Shown here: piece after piece, positions 19,379-30,613 of the stretch | How positions within the stretch are numbered: position 1 is the stretch's first letter | How the letters are laid out: each line of letters opens with the position of its first letter | Source: an uncultured Eubacteriales bacterium | Lineage (GTDB): Bacteria; Bacillota_I; Bacilli_A; RF39; UBA660 | NCBI GenBank assembly: GCA_900313815.1 | Contig: OMST01000064.1 | Location: 1-52,604 of the forward strand | Length of the DNA: 52,604 nucleotides | Direction of reading: 5' to 3' | Notes under the pieces: generated by a model | Databases searched by the model: none | What the model saw: the letters and a program-made list of their open reading frames with translations, nothing else | Told to the model about the DNA's origin: nothing | Made by a program: the position numbers and the translations under genes

Positions 19379-20482
19379 CTATTTTCTTGCAGGAACTTGT
19401 TGTGTAATACAATGTATATTACCACCACCAAGTAAGATTTCTCTTGCATAAATAGGTTCTATTTTTCTATCTGGATATAATGCTTGTAGTGTTTCAATAG
19501 CTTTTTTATCCATTGGATCATTAAATACTGGAAGAGCAATAAATCCATTACCGGTTAAATAATTTACGTATGAGGCTGCCATTCTATCTCCTGTATTACG
19601 AGGTAGAGTTCCTTCAACATAATCTATTCCACCACTTTCCTCTTTAGTAATATATTGAGGAGATGGACAATATAATTTATGTATTTCTAATTTACGTCCT
19701 CTAGCATCTTTTACACTACTTAAATAAGCATAATCTTCTCTACTTATCTTGTATTGAGGGTCTTTTTCATCATCACTCCATGCAAGTACAACTACTCCAG
19801 GTTTTACAAATGCACATATATTATCAACATGTCCATTAGTATCAACATCATTATATAATCCTTTTGGTATCCATAATACTTTTTCAACATTTAAGTAATC
19901 TCTTAATATTTTTTCAATTTGTTTTTTACTTAAATTAGGATTTCTTCCAGGGCTTAATAATGTTTCTTCTGTTACCATACAAGTTCCTTCTCCATCAACA
20001 TGGAAAGAACCACCTTCACAGACAAAGTCTCTTATTTGATAATAATCAACACCTTCAAGTTCACTCATTTTTTGACCAATACATTCATCAAAATCCCATG
20101 GAAAATAAATTCCATCATAAAATCCTCCATATGCATTGAATCCCCAATCAATTCCTCTCAATTCGCCTTTTTTATTAACTACAAATGTAGCACCAGTGTC
20201 TCTAGCCCAAGAATCATTGTTAGAAAGTTCTATAACTCTAACATTATCCGGTAACATATTTCTAGCATTGGCATATTGATCACGATTAACTAACATTGTC
20301 ATTGGCTCATACTTAGCAATAGTACTAGCAACTTTTACAAAGACTTCTTGAGCAGGTTTGGCACCATTTCTCCAATTATCAGTTCTTTGTGGCCAAAGCA
20401 TATATACACCAGATTGTTTTTCAAATTCACCAGGCATTCTGAATCCATCAGCTTTTGGAGTTGAATCTTTTATTCTTTTCAT
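19379..20482 (-). CDS. aguA: agmatine deiminase
   Basis: [16 protein letters not shown]…[16 protein letters not shown] at the N-terminus and the C-terminal [11 protein letters not shown] catalytic-Cys motif. Confidence 0.9.
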   Translation of the reverse strand: MKRIKDSTPKADGFRMPGEFEKQSGVYMLWPQRTDNWRNGAKPAQEVFVKVASTIAKYEPMTMLVNRDQYANARNMLPDNVRVIELSNNDSWARDTGATFVVNKKGELRGIDWGFNAYGGFYDGIYFPWDFDECIGQKMSELEGVDYYQIRDFVCEGGSFHVDGEGTCMVTEETLLSPGRNPNLSKKQIEKILRDYLNVEKVLWIPKGLYNDVDTNGHVDNICAFVKPGVVVLAWSDDEKDPQYKISREDYAYLSSVKDARGRKLEIHKLYCPSPQYITKEESGGIDYVEGTLPRNTGDRMAASYVNYLTGNGFIALPVFNDPMDKKAIETLQALYPDRKIEPIYAREILLGGGNIHCITQQVPARK

Positions 20483-20532
20483 TTTTCCTCCTATTGATTA
20501 TAAGGAATCCATTTAGGATTCCTTAATTATTT

Positions 20533-21936
20533 TTATTTTTTCTTAATTCTTGCAACAAATATTTCTTCTAGTATAAATGATATTACTACACCTATTAATA
20601 GTGGAATATTATCCATAAGATATTCTAGTGTAAAATCACCGAATAGTGTGAATAGAACTCCAGCAATTAAAATTACAAATGGAACAATTGCAGCTATTTT
20701 AATCATAACTTTTCCACCTGGAACTTTATAAGGTCTTTCAGCATTTGGATCTGTCTTTCTAAGTTTTAAGAATGCTAAGAACATTGGAATATAACCAACT
20801 AATAATGTAATCCAGCTTAAGCAGAAGAATAAGCTAAATGATGCACTAAAGTCTTCACTAATTGCACTAGCAATGATTCCACCAATACAAATAATTGATG
20901 CTACTACACCATTAATTACAGCTGCTCTTGCAGGAACTCCTTCTTCATTAACACGACTAAATCCTTTTGGTAAACTTCCGTCATCAGCAGCATATTTAGC
21001 TACTTCATTAACTCCGAATGACCAAGATGCAATATTAGCAATAAATGTATAAATAAACATAAATCCACAAATAATTACTAATGTGTTCATTAATCCAGCA
21101 CCAATTCCAGCACTAGTAAATAATGAAGTTAACACTTCAACTACATTTTCAGGATCCATTTCAGCAACAACTTCTGGATCTAGCGCAATATTAAATCCTG
21201 TAGCTGGTAAGATATAGAATATAGCCATTAATAATCCACCAAAAATTAATGCTTTTGGTATTTGTTTCTTAGGATCATCCATATCGTCTACCCAAGTTCC
21301 TACTACTTCAAATCCCATAAAGTTAAATAAAATAATAGAAATAAATGGTAAACCTGTATCAATATTCAATGATAAATCAGGTAATAAATCTTTAAAGCTT
21401 GTAATTGGATTAGCACTATTACCAGTCTTCATAACAGTATAAACTCCTAAAAGACCAATTCCTAATAATAGGAATACTTTAAATGCAGTACCAATATTTA
21501 CAACGCCTTTACTTTCACCTATTCTCTTAGTACTTAAGAATGTTACTAGCCAAACATATCCAAGTTGAATTAATAACAATGCCCAAATACTAAGTTCAAG
21601 ATTAAACATTCCTGCTACTATATCTGTTACAGCAACAGCAAGTGATGAAATCCATAATGGGAAGTTAACCCAATAGTTCCATGCAACACGTCCAGCCCAT
21701 TTAGGACCAAATGCTCTTTTTACCCACTCGTACATACCACCTTCACTTGGATAAGTTGTACCAAGTTCAGCAGTAATCATTCCGTAAGGTAAACAAAAGC
21801 CAATTAATAATAAGATCCACCAAAAGTATTGAGTGTTTCCAATAGCTGCTGTAGGCATAACTGACTCACAAACTAATGTTAAACAAACAGTACCTAAAAT
21901 GGCATCAAACAATCTAAATTTTTTCTTCTTTTCCAT
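20533..21936 (-). CDS. aguD: APC-family amino acid/polyamine permease, probable agmatine:putrescine antiporter
   Basis: 467 aa with ~12 TM, located between ptcA and aguA as in lactic-acid-bacterial agu clusters. Confidence 0.7.
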   Translation of the reverse strand: MEKKKKFRLFDAILGTVCLTLVCESVMPTAAIGNTQYFWWILLLIGFCLPYGMITAELGTTYPSEGGMYEWVKRAFGPKWAGRVAWNYWVNFPLWISSLAVAVTDIVAGMFNLELSIWALLLIQLGYVWLVTFLSTKRIGESKGVVNIGTAFKVFLLLGIGLLGVYTVMKTGNSANPITSFKDLLPDLSLNIDTGLPFISIILFNFMGFEVVGTWVDDMDDPKKQIPKALIFGGLLMAIFYILPATGFNIALDPEVVAEMDPENVVEVLTSLFTSAGIGAGLMNTLVIICGFMFIYTFIANIASWSFGVNEVAKYAADDGSLPKGFSRVNEEGVPARAAVINGVVASIICIGGIIASAISEDFSASFSLFFCLSWITLLVGYIPMFLAFLKLRKTDPNAERPYKVPGGKVMIKIAAIVPFVILIAGVLFTLFGDFTLEYLMDNIPLLIGVVISFILEEIFVARIKKK

Positions 21937-21944
21937 TTTTTCTC

Positions 21945-22916
21945 CTACCTATTTTCTATAATTTTTAATGTTTCTTCTTCTTTACCCATAAAATATACAA
22001 GTAATGCTCTCATAGCAGTTAATCTATTTTCTGCTTCATCAAACACAATAGAATACTCAGAATCCATTACTTCATCTGTAACTTCTTCTCCTCTTGTTGC
22101 TGGAAGGCAGTGCATAAACTTAACTGTTGGACTGGCTTTTTTAATTTTAGCCATATCTACTTGATATTTTGGATAGAATATTTTCATTCTTTCTTCTTCT
22201 GGTAATTCAGATTCATATAATCCATACCATACATCTGTATAGATAAAGTCAGCATCTTTTAATGCTTCATCTTCATCTTCAGTAATTAAGAATGTTCCCC
22301 CAGATTTTTCACAATTCTTTTTGCATATTTCTTGAAAATGTTCATTTAATTGGAATCCCTTAGGTCCATATTGAACAAAGTGACCTCCTAAATGTGTAGT
22401 TAGCATTGCTAAACTAGCACATACTTGAGTTGCGTCTCCAAAAAACACTATTTTTAAATCTTCGAATTTTTTATCGGCTGGTTTATGTTCATAAATAGTA
22501 ATTAAATCTCCTAATTCTTGAGTTGGATGATTATAATCACTCATTCCATTAATAACTGGAACACCAGCATGTTCTGCTAGAGTAACTATTGATTTATGTT
22601 CTATAACACGTGCCATTAAGATATCAGTTAATCTTCCTAATACTTTAGCAGTATCATATAAACTCTCATGCGCACCCAATTGAATTTGTCCAGGAGCTAA
22701 ATATTGAGCATGTCCACCTAACTGAGTCATTGCTGTTTCAAATGAAACTCTTGTTCTTGTAGACTTTTGTTCAAAAACCATACCTAATGTTTTATGATGA
22801 AGTACATCTAAGTATTTACCAGACTTAATATACTTTTTAATCTTAATACCTAAATTCTTCATTCTTAATATCTCTTCTTTAGAAAAATCTTGAGTATCAA
22901 CAAAATTGCCCTTCAC
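21945..22916 (-). CDS. ptcA: putrescine carbamoyltransferase
   Basis: [39 protein letters not shown]. From memory, it closely resembles Enterococcus PtcA along its length. ORF opens at 22940, but GGAGG 7 nt upstream favours the GTG at 22916. Confidence 0.85.
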   Translation of the reverse strand: MKGNFVDTQDFSKEEILRMKNLGIKIKKYIKSGKYLDVLHHKTLGMVFEQKSTRTRVSFETAMTQLGGHAQYLAPGQIQLGAHESLYDTAKVLGRLTDILMARVIEHKSIVTLAEHAGVPVINGMSDYNHPTQELGDLITIYEHKPADKKFEDLKIVFFGDATQVCASLAMLTTHLGGHFVQYGPKGFQLNEHFQEICKKNCEKSGGTFLITEDEDEALKDADFIYTDVWYGLYESELPEEERMKIFYPKYQVDMAKIKKASPTVKFMHCLPATRGEEVTDEVMDSEYSIVFDEAENRLTAMRALLVYFMGKEEETLKIIENR

Positions 22917-22994
22917 ACATTCACCTCCTTCCAAAAACATATCATTTATACTATGCTCTATTATAATTATAACTTTTTATTCTTTATTTGTAAA

Positions 22995-23993
22995 TTATTT
23001 TATTTGAGCCCAAACTTTATCATATTTAGAAATATTAAATCCTATATTTTTAACATAAGAACCATGCTCTAATATATAATTTAATTCTTCATAACTTAAA
23101 TTCATATTATTTATTGTTGTATTTATATATGGATATTCTTCAATTATTTTTTGTTGAACATCATCTCTTAATAAATAATCTATAAATCTATAAGCATTAA
23201 GTTTATTTTTGGCACCTTTTACTATTGCATAATTATCTAAACTAATAGCAAATCCATCACTTGGATATATTATTTCTATATTATCATTATAACTTTTAGC
23301 AATAGTTGCTTCTGCATTCCATATAACACCAATATCAACTTCATTAGTAATTAATAATGTTTTAGGGCTATCACTATCAAATGCTTTAACATTTGGATTA
23401 ATATTTAATAACCAATTCTTTGCTTTATTTAAAGCGTCTTCATTAGTTTCATTCATTTTATATCCATTAGCTTGTAAAGCCATTCCTATAACTATTCTTT
23501 GATCATCTAATAAAACTATATTATTTTTATATTTTGGGTTTAATAAATCATTATACTTAACTATATTATCTTTAATATGTTCTCTATTAACGCATAAAAC
23601 ACTAGTTGCTGCTAAAAAAGGAAGAGAATATTCATTGAACATATCAAATTCTTGATTTAAGAATAATGGATTTATATTATTAATGTTATATATCCTAAAT
23701 GTATCTATTTTATCTAACATATTTTTACTAATCATTAGTTCTATCATATAATCACTAGGAAATATTAAATCATAAGTACCCTCTTTAGAAGAAGATATTT
23801 TGGCAAGTAATTCTTCATTAGATGAATATGTCCCATAATTAACTTTAATACCTGTTTCATTTTGAAAATCAGTTATTACTTGATATGGAATATATGATGA
23901 CCAATTAAGTACATTAACTTCATTTTTAATACTATTATTAGTACAACCACTAAGAAATATAAATATTATTAAAACTATTATTATCTTTTTCAT
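22995..23993 (-). CDS. potD: spermidine/putrescine ABC transporter substrate-binding lipoprotein
   Basis: Lipobox FLSGC. PotD-like length. Last gene of a potA-B-C-D ordered operon. Confidence 0.8.
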   Translation of the reverse strand: MKKIIIVLIIFIFLSGCTNNSIKNEVNVLNWSSYIPYQVITDFQNETGIKVNYGTYSSNEELLAKISSSKEGTYDLIFPSDYMIELMISKNMLDKIDTFRIYNINNINPLFLNQEFDMFNEYSLPFLAATSVLCVNREHIKDNIVKYNDLLNPKYKNNIVLLDDQRIVIGMALQANGYKMNETNEDALNKAKNWLLNINPNVKAFDSDSPKTLLITNEVDIGVIWNAEATIAKSYNDNIEIIYPSDGFAISLDNYAIVKGAKNKLNAYRFIDYLLRDDVQQKIIEEYPYINTTINNMNLSYEELNYILEHGSYVKNIGFNISKYDKVWAQIK

Positions 23994-24775
23994 AATGCCT
24001 CTTTTCTTATCTTTCTACTTTGAATAATAGTAATTGATATTAATATAGTAAATGTAACTAACAACATAATAGTAGTAAGTGCATTAACATCAGGCGTTAT
24101 ACCAGTCTTAATAACAGAATAAATATATAATGGTAATGTTAAGCTTCCTGGTCCAGAAGTAAAATAACTAATAACAACATCATCTAAAGATAGTGTAAAT
24201 GCTAAAGTTGCTCCACTAACAATGCCAGGCATAATAGTTGGTAATATTATTTTAGTAAATGTTTTGAATGGACTAGCCCCTAAATCTTTAGCAGCCTCTT
24301 CTAACACCTTGGTTTGGCTTGTTAAATTAGATCTAATACTAACAATTACAAATGGTATTGAAAATGCTATATGAGATAAAATAATTGTAACTAAACTTAA
24401 TTGTAATTTCATTAATGTATATATAGATAATAATGATATACCTAAAACTATTTCAGGAATTACTATTGGTATATATATTAGTCCATTAATTAATTTTTTA
24501 AACGGAAATTCATATTTATATAGTCCATATGCAGATATAGTGCCAAGTATTGTAGAGGTTACTGTACTAATAACAGCCACTAATAAAGTATTAGAAAAAG
24601 CTTCTATTAAATCACTATTATGTAATATTTCTTTATACCAATCAAATGTCCAATTTTCAAAAATAATATTCATTTGAGAACTGTTAAAAGAATAAATAAT
24701 TAATACTATGATTGGTAAATATAAAAATAGAAAGACTAATATAACAAATAAATTGTTTAAAAACTTATTTTTCAT
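23990..24775 (-). CDS. potC: spermidine/putrescine ABC transporter permease
   Basis: 6-TM binding-protein-dependent permease with the EAA loop (EEAAKDLGASPFKTF). Confidence 0.8.
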   Translation of the reverse strand: MKNKFLNNLFVILVFLFLYLPIIVLIIYSFNSSQMNIIFENWTFDWYKEILHNSDLIEAFSNTLLVAVISTVTSTILGTISAYGLYKYEFPFKKLINGLIYIPIVIPEIVLGISLLSIYTLMKLQLSLVTIILSHIAFSIPFVIVSIRSNLTSQTKVLEEAAKDLGASPFKTFTKIILPTIMPGIVSGATLAFTLSLDDVVISYFTSGPGSLTLPLYIYSVIKTGITPDVNALTTIMLLVTFTILISITIIQSRKIRKEAL

Positions 24776-25632
24776 TAGAAACCTCCTAAATCATCAAGCT
24801 TACCACCAAGTTTTCTATATAACTTAACGAGTAAGAATGTAATTATTATTAGGAATATCGCTATAGCAGATCCAAAAGGCCAATTTCTAGCGGTTAAGAA
24901 TTGATTCTTAATAAGGTTTCCTATTATCATTATTTTTCCACCACCAAGGATATCAGTTATAAAGAAGAATCCTATTGCTGGAATAAACACCATTAATGAT
25001 CCATTAAATACACCTGATATAGTTTGAGGTAATATTATTTTAAAAAATATTTGTAATTTACTAGCTCCTAAATCTTTAGCAGCATCTATTATATTATTAT
25101 CTATTTCAAATACTGATGAACATATTGGAAGCAACATAAAAGGAAGTAAAGTATAAACCATACCTACTATTATTCCAAACCTATTATACATTAATGACAT
25201 TGGAGTCTTAATAATGCCCATTCCTATTAAGCCACTATTAATTATTCCACTTTTTCTAAGCAAAATAATCCATCCATATGTTCTTATTAATGAATTAGTT
25301 AAGAATGGTAACATAATTAATTTTGTTATTAAATTCTTTATATGAATATTTCTTTTTCTTAATATAATTGCAAAAGGATAAGAGATTAATATACAAATAA
25401 AAGTAGTTATCAATGCTATTGAAACAGACTTAAAAAATATATTTAAATATGTTGAATCAAATATATTTAAATAATTAGACAATGTAAATTCATATACAAT
25501 TCCACCATAAGAATCACTCTTGCAAAAACTTAAAAACAAAACATATACAAGAGGTAATAATATTAGTAAAAGTGTATAAACAATTACTGGTAACAAAAAT
25601 AATAATTTAAATGCTTTATTATTCTCTTTCAT
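24775..25632 (-). CDS. potB: spermidine/putrescine ABC transporter permease
   Basis: Permease with the EAA loop (IDAAKDLGASKLQIF). Overlaps potC. Confidence 0.8.
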   Translation of the reverse strand: MKENNKAFKLLFLLPVIVYTLLLILLPLVYVLFLSFCKSDSYGGIVYEFTLSNYLNIFDSTYLNIFFKSVSIALITTFICILISYPFAIILRKRNIHIKNLITKLIMLPFLTNSLIRTYGWIILLRKSGIINSGLIGMGIIKTPMSLMYNRFGIIVGMVYTLLPFMLLPICSSVFEIDNNIIDAAKDLGASKLQIFFKIILPQTISGVFNGSLMVFIPAIGFFFITDILGGGKIMIIGNLIKNQFLTARNWPFGSAIAIFLIIITFLLVKLYRKLGGKLDDLGGF

Positions 25633-25634
25633 TC

Positions 25635-26702
25635 TTATTTCTTTAATACCTCTATATCTTCTTTATCAAATGTTATATATACATCTTGACCATCTTTAAA
25701 ATCATTAATATCACTAATAGTAGATTTTAATGTATATTGATCATCTATATTAATATATAATTTAGTATTATATCCACTATAAGTAGAATCTATTATTTTT
25801 CCATGTATAGAATTTTTAACTTCTTTTATTTGTGGAAATACATCTTCGGGTCTAATAATTATTTTAACTAAGTCATTTTTATTAAATGATTTATTGGTTT
25901 TAATACTTATTTCTTTATTATTCATAAAAGATAATGTTAATATGTTATCTTTAATATTAACAACTTCAGCATCTAATATATTAGCTTCACCTATAAAATC
26001 TGCTACAAATACAGATTTAGGATGAGAATATACTTCTTGAGGAGTGCCTAATTGTTCTATTACACCTTGATTCATAATAGCAATTCTATCACTCATACTT
26101 AATGCTTCATCTTGAGCATGAGTTACATATATAAATGTTATCCCCAGTTCTTTTTGTATTCTTTTAAGTTCAACTTGCATATTCTTTTTAAGTTTTAAAT
26201 CAAGAGAACATAATGATTCATCTAATAATAATACTTTAGGATTCATAACAACCCCACGAGCTATAGCAACTCTTTGTTGTTGACCACCAGATAGTTCATG
26301 TGGATATCTATTTTCAAAACCTTTTAATTTAACTAAATCTATTACTTTTTTAACTCTTTGTTCTATTTCAGGTTTTGGTACCTTTTTCATTTGTAAACCA
26401 AAACTAATATTTTCAAAAACAGTCATTTTAGGAAATAAAGCAAAATTCTGAAAAATTGTATTTACTTCTCTTTTAGTAGCATCAACATTAGTAACATCTT
26501 TATTAGCAATAAACACCTTTCCAGTAGTAGCATCTTCTAGTCCAGATATTATCTTTAATACTGTTGTTTTTCCACATCCAGAAGCACCCAATAAAGTAAT
26601 AAACTCACCTTCATAAATATCCAGTGAAAAGTCCTTAATAACTGTTGTATCATCAAACTTTTTAGTAACATTTGATAATTTTACAATAACATTCTTTTCC
26701 AT
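25635..26702 (-). CDS. potA: spermidine/putrescine ABC transporter ATP-binding protein
   Basis: Walker A GASGCGKTT, signature LSGGQQQRVAIAR, Walker B LLLDE, C-terminal TOBE-like extension. Confidence 0.85.
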   Translation of the reverse strand: MEKNVIVKLSNVTKKFDDTTVIKDFSLDIYEGEFITLLGASGCGKTTVLKIISGLEDATTGKVFIANKDVTNVDATKREVNTIFQNFALFPKMTVFENISFGLQMKKVPKPEIEQRVKKVIDLVKLKGFENRYPHELSGGQQQRVAIARGVVMNPKVLLLDESLCSLDLKLKKNMQVELKRIQKELGITFIYVTHAQDEALSMSDRIAIMNQGVIEQLGTPQEVYSHPKSVFVADFIGEANILDAEVVNIKDNILTLSFMNNKEISIKTNKSFNKNDLVKIIIRPEDVFPQIKEVKNSIHGKIIDSTYSGYNTKLYINIDDQYTLKSTISDINDFKDGQDVYITFDKEDIEVLKK

Positions 26703-26799
26703 ATTACCTCTATTCTAATATCATTATACAAATATTATTTAACAATTACAATAAAATCACCTTTAAATATTTAATGAATATAATATTATGAGGTGAAAT

Positions 26800-27771
26800 A
26801 TGAAAAGAATAATTTGTATTATTATTGCTTTATTAATTGTTTGTACATTTTTTATAGTTTTTAGAAAAGATAATGAAAATAAAAAAATTACAGTGGCAGA
26901 AGTTACTCATTCAGTTTTTTATACGCCATGGTATGTAGCATTGGAAAATGGTTATTTTAAATCATCTGGTTTAGATATAGAAGTAATATTGACTCCAGGT
27001 GCTGATAAAGTAGCATCTTCAGTATTATCAGGAGATGCTCAAATTGGTTTTTCAGGTCCAGAAGCAACTGTATATGTCTATAATAATTCTACTGAGAAAC
27101 TTATTTCTTTTGCATCTTTAACTAAAAGAGATGGTCAATTTATAGTTGGGCCTTGTAAATTAAAAGATAAATTTAAAATGACAAATTTGATTAATAAAAC
27201 CGTTTTAGCAGGAAGAAGTGGTGGTATGCCATTACTAATGTTTAAATATGCATTAAAAGAGTCTAATATAGATGAAAAATTAGTTAATATTGATACATCA
27301 GTAGATTTTTCATCGCTAAGTGGAGCATTTATAGGTAAGCAAGGAGAATTTGTTAATTTATTTGAACCTACTGCTAATAAAATAGAAAAAGAAAAATATG
27401 GATGCGTATTATCGTCACTTGGAAAAATATCTGGTGTTGTTCCATACACAACTTTCTATGCTAAAGAAAAATTCATAAGTGAAAATGCTGATATAATTAA
27501 AAAGTTTAATCAAGCATTAAATAAAGGAATTAGATTTGTAAAAGAAAATGACGAGATAACTATAGCTAATTCAATAAAAAATCAATTTAATGATCTAGAA
27601 TTTGATGATTTAGTTACTGTTATAAAAAGATATAAAGATGCTGATTCATGGTATAACAGCACATATATTAATATAGATGATTATAATAGATTATTAGATA
27701 TCATGATGTATGGTAAAGTAATTGATGAGAAAGTAGATATTAATTTATTAGTTACAAATGAATACAACTAG
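26800..27771 (+). CDS. NMT1/THI5-like ABC substrate-binding protein (NitT/TauT family, SsuA/ThiY-like)
   Basis: 323 aa with an N-terminal anchor. First gene of a binding protein-ATPase-permease operon. Substrate unknown. Confidence 0.6.
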   Translation: MKRIICIIIALLIVCTFFIVFRKDNENKKITVAEVTHSVFYTPWYVALENGYFKSSGLDIEVILTPGADKVASSVLSGDAQIGFSGPEATVYVYNNSTEKLISFASLTKRDGQFIVGPCKLKDKFKMTNLINKTVLAGRSGGMPLLMFKYALKESNIDEKLVNIDTSVDFSSLSGAFIGKQGEFVNLFEPTANKIEKEKYGCVLSSLGKISGVVPYTTFYAKEKFISENADIIKKFNQALNKGIRFVKENDEITIANSIKNQFNDLEFDDLVTVIKRYKDADSWYNSTYINIDDYNRLLDIMMYGKVIDEKVDINLLVTNEYN

Positions 27772-28183
27772 TATTTTAAATGTAATCAATTTATCTAAAA
27801 CTTATCATAATGTTCCTGGAGAAACGATTGCTATAAAAGATATTAGTTTTAATATTAATAAAGAAGAATTTGTAGGCATAGTTGGGCCTTCTGGATGTGG
27901 CAAAAGCTCTATACTAAATATTATTAGTTCATTAGATAAAGATTATAAGGGAAAACTAGAGATTAATAAAAATATTAAGATAGCTTATATGTTTCAAGAA
28001 GATACTTTATTTCCATGGCTAACTATCTTAGATAACGTATTAATAGGTTTAAAGATTAAAAAAGAATTAACAAAAGATAACAAGATGTATGCTATAGAAT
28101 TATTAAAAAAATATGGTTTATATGATTTTATTAACAAATATCCAAGTGAACTTTCGGGTGGTATGAAACAAAGAGTTGCTTGA
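27758..28183 (+). pseudogene. 5' part of an interrupted NitT/TauT-family ABC ATPase gene
   Basis: Walker A GPSGCGKS, Q-loop, signature LSGGMKQRVA, then an immediate TGA at 28181-28183. There is no Walker B or H-loop. The missing half is at 35040..35381. Confidence 0.9.
28169..28181. repeat. attL core (13-bp direct repeat caaagagttgctt)
   Basis: Identical 13-mer at 35040-35052. It lies exactly where the ABC ATPase reading frame breaks. Confidence 0.85.
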
Positions 28184-28195
28184 ATTCTTTAAAGA

Positions 28196-28219
28196 CACAA
28201 AAAAAGCACTAAGTGCTTT
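28196..28219 (-). terminator. rho-independent terminator after the 797-aa gene
   Basis: agcac (28205-28209), loop taa, gtgct (28213-28217), flanked by A and T runs. Confidence 0.65.
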
Positions 28220-30613
28220 TTATTCTAAATGGGTTGTTTGATATGTAGTTCCACTTATAGTCTCTGTACCATCTACTCTTGTACTATTATCTTCTATTTC
28301 TGTAATTGTTCCGTTAATAGAAGCAGTTACACCTCTGATGGTTCCGTCATAGAACTTAAATATATTTGTATTATTAAGACCATATACCGCTCCAGTTATT
28401 GATGGAGAAGATGCATCAATATTACCATCCTTTACTCCCACTATTAATGTGGAAGTATTATTTACGCCATTTTGTCCGGTAGATTTAATTGTTCCACCTG
28501 TTATAGTCATAGTAGCTTCATTTAATACGGCTGGGAAAGATGCGGAAGGTGATGTGATTGTTCCCCCACTAATAGTTGTTATACCTTTATGATTTTGAAC
28601 ACTAGCTCTAGTTGGAGTAGCACCATTTCCACATGTTAAATATGGATTACCAGTTATAGTTAATGTACCACCATCATTATAAATGGCTTGTCTCTTTGTA
28701 GCAATTACTTCTCCTCCTGAGATTACCATAGTTGCATTATTTTCATTATTAATTAAACCTTGGTCTACCCCAGCGGCTGCCCAAATCTTTCCACCAGTAA
28801 TTGTTAGGTTTCCATAATTACGAATTACTTGGTATATATTTGATTTAATGTCGCCTCCCGAAATAATAAGACGTCCAGATCTTTCATTTTGAATAACTCT
28901 ATTTTGGTCATTAGCTCCATTACGTAATAGTATTCCATTTTTAATTTCAAGAGTACCTGAATTATCAAATAAATTACCAGAAGTACTACTAATAGAATAA
29001 TTTCCTATATCTAACTCTATGTTCTTACCAGATGCTACCACTATATTTTCATCAACTATATTATCTAATATTGTGATAGTGACTTTTACATTATCAGTGG
29101 CAACAGCATCAACTGCATCTTGAAGGAGTTCATATTTTGTGCCATTTATATCAGCAACATAATGATGATAAACTTCCCAGTGTGCAAATATTTCATCATC
29201 AGTATTAAATACAGTGCTTGCAGTTATTTCTGTTCCATTTTCTGGATCTGTGAACCATCCAATACAGTTAAACCCTATTCTTGTTGGAGTTGGCAATGTA
29301 CCTATAGTATTTCCTGGAGATATTTCTCTATATGGTTCATCAACACTTCCGCCATTGGCATTAAATGTAATGGTAATCTTTTGGCCTAATGAAATCTTTT
29401 TATATGTGCCGTCCCTAGCATGAAGTATTTCAGTACCAGTTTCAATATCATCAATTAAAGTTTCATCATTTACTGCATCAATTTTTCCTTCAATAATACC
29501 GTCATAAAATAAAAAATTAGATGTTGTATTTACTCCATAGGTATCACCTTTAATTAATGGAGAACTATTACTAGCATTTCCATCTTTAATGCCAATAGTT
29601 AATGTTCCTAGGTTATCTATTGCATGATAGCCAGTTGATAAAACCGTTCCTCCGGTAATATTAATAGTACCAGTTGCTAAGTTTTGAAGTGGCGCTCTTT
29701 CAGTAGTTACTGCACTCAAATATGCACTTCCACTAATATTTACTGTTCCCGCATTATATATAGCTTGTCTAGTACCTGTTGCAACTATTTTTCCTCCAGT
29801 AATATTAAGAGTTGCATTATTGTTAATAGCACCTTGAGTAGTATCAGAAGTGATAATACCATTATAAATATTCAGTACTCCATCATTGGTTATTACAGGA
29901 TTCTTTCCACTATTACTTAAAGTAAAGTTTTGAAGATTAAGTTTAACATTTTGATGTGCTACTATAGTTATTATTTCACTAGTATTATCAAGTAACATTA
30001 CTGTTGTTTGAGTATCATTCTTAGGCACAGCTTGAACAGCTGCTTTTAAAGTTGTATATCTAGTATTTCCAATTTTAGCAATATAATTTACTCTTTCAAA
30101 TATAAAATTCATACTTAATGCATAATTAGTATTACTACTATCATATTCACCAGATTTATAACCTATGGTTATTAATATTTCATCAGTTGCACCATAATTA
30201 CACTCATCATTTGTATTACAAAGAGGATCTCCCAAATTATAATTAGACATACTATACTCTAATTTGCTATCAAGCCCAGTGATATTAGATATTTTCATTT
30301 CTGTAGCGGAAAAAACAGTAGCATCTACTTTATATGTTACTGTTGAATCAGCACTTGGAAGATTAATAGAACTAAATATACTACTAACATTATATTCTTC
30401 GTTACTACTAGTCCCACCACTAGAAGTGCTATCTAATAACATTCCAGTAATTGTAGCATTTCCTCTAGGTTTTACACTAACCAATAGATTTTCTATACTA
30501 GTGTTAATAGTTGAATTGGCATACGCCAAAGAAAGTAATAATGAGCTAATTATTACAAAAGCTATTATTACTTTAATATACCTTTCAATATTATTTTGTA
30601 CTATCTTTTTCAT
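28220..30613 (-). CDS. large exported surface protein: TasA-like N-terminal module, duplicated beta-helix-like ITGG repeats, one Listeria-Bacteroides repeat
   Basis: N-terminal anchor/signal ending …SLAYANSTINTS resembles the 213-aa protein's signal. Two homologous ~230-300-aa blocks are rich in (I/L)(T/S)GG(K/T)I turns. Central ITFNANGGSV…GFNCIGWFTDPENGTEI matches the Flg_new/List_Bact repeat. Confidence 0.8.
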   Translation of the reverse strand: MKKIVQNNIERYIKVIIAFVIISSLLLSLAYANSTINTSIENLLVSVKPRGNATITGMLLDSTSSGGTSSNEEYNVSSIFSSINLPSADSTVTYKVDATVFSATEMKISNITGLDSKLEYSMSNYNLGDPLCNTNDECNYGATDEILITIGYKSGEYDSSNTNYALSMNFIFERVNYIAKIGNTRYTTLKAAVQAVPKNDTQTTVMLLDNTSEIITIVAHQNVKLNLQNFTLSNSGKNPVITNDGVLNIYNGIITSDTTQGAINNNATLNITGGKIVATGTRQAIYNAGTVNISGSAYLSAVTTERAPLQNLATGTINITGGTVLSTGYHAIDNLGTLTIGIKDGNASNSSPLIKGDTYGVNTTSNFLFYDGIIEGKIDAVNDETLIDDIETGTEILHARDGTYKKISLGQKITITFNANGGSVDEPYREISPGNTIGTLPTPTRIGFNCIGWFTDPENGTEITASTVFNTDDEIFAHWEVYHHYVADINGTKYELLQDAVDAVATDNVKVTITILDNIVDENIVVASGKNIELDIGNYSISSTSGNLFDNSGTLEIKNGILLRNGANDQNRVIQNERSGRLIISGGDIKSNIYQVIRNYGNLTITGGKIWAAAGVDQGLINNENNATMVISGGEVIATKRQAIYNDGGTLTITGNPYLTCGNGATPTRASVQNHKGITTISGGTITSPSASFPAVLNEATMTITGGTIKSTGQNGVNNTSTLIVGVKDGNIDASSPSITGAVYGLNNTNIFKFYDGTIRGVTASINGTITEIEDNSTRVDGTETISGTTYQTTHLE

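Noticed and set aside
26703-26799. TPP riboswitch upstream of the NMT1/THI5-like binding-protein operon (ThiXYZ-like idea)
   Set aside because: The intergenic region is under 100 nt, lacks the conserved CUGAGA element, and is largely occupied by a TATAAT-type promoter directly before the RBS.
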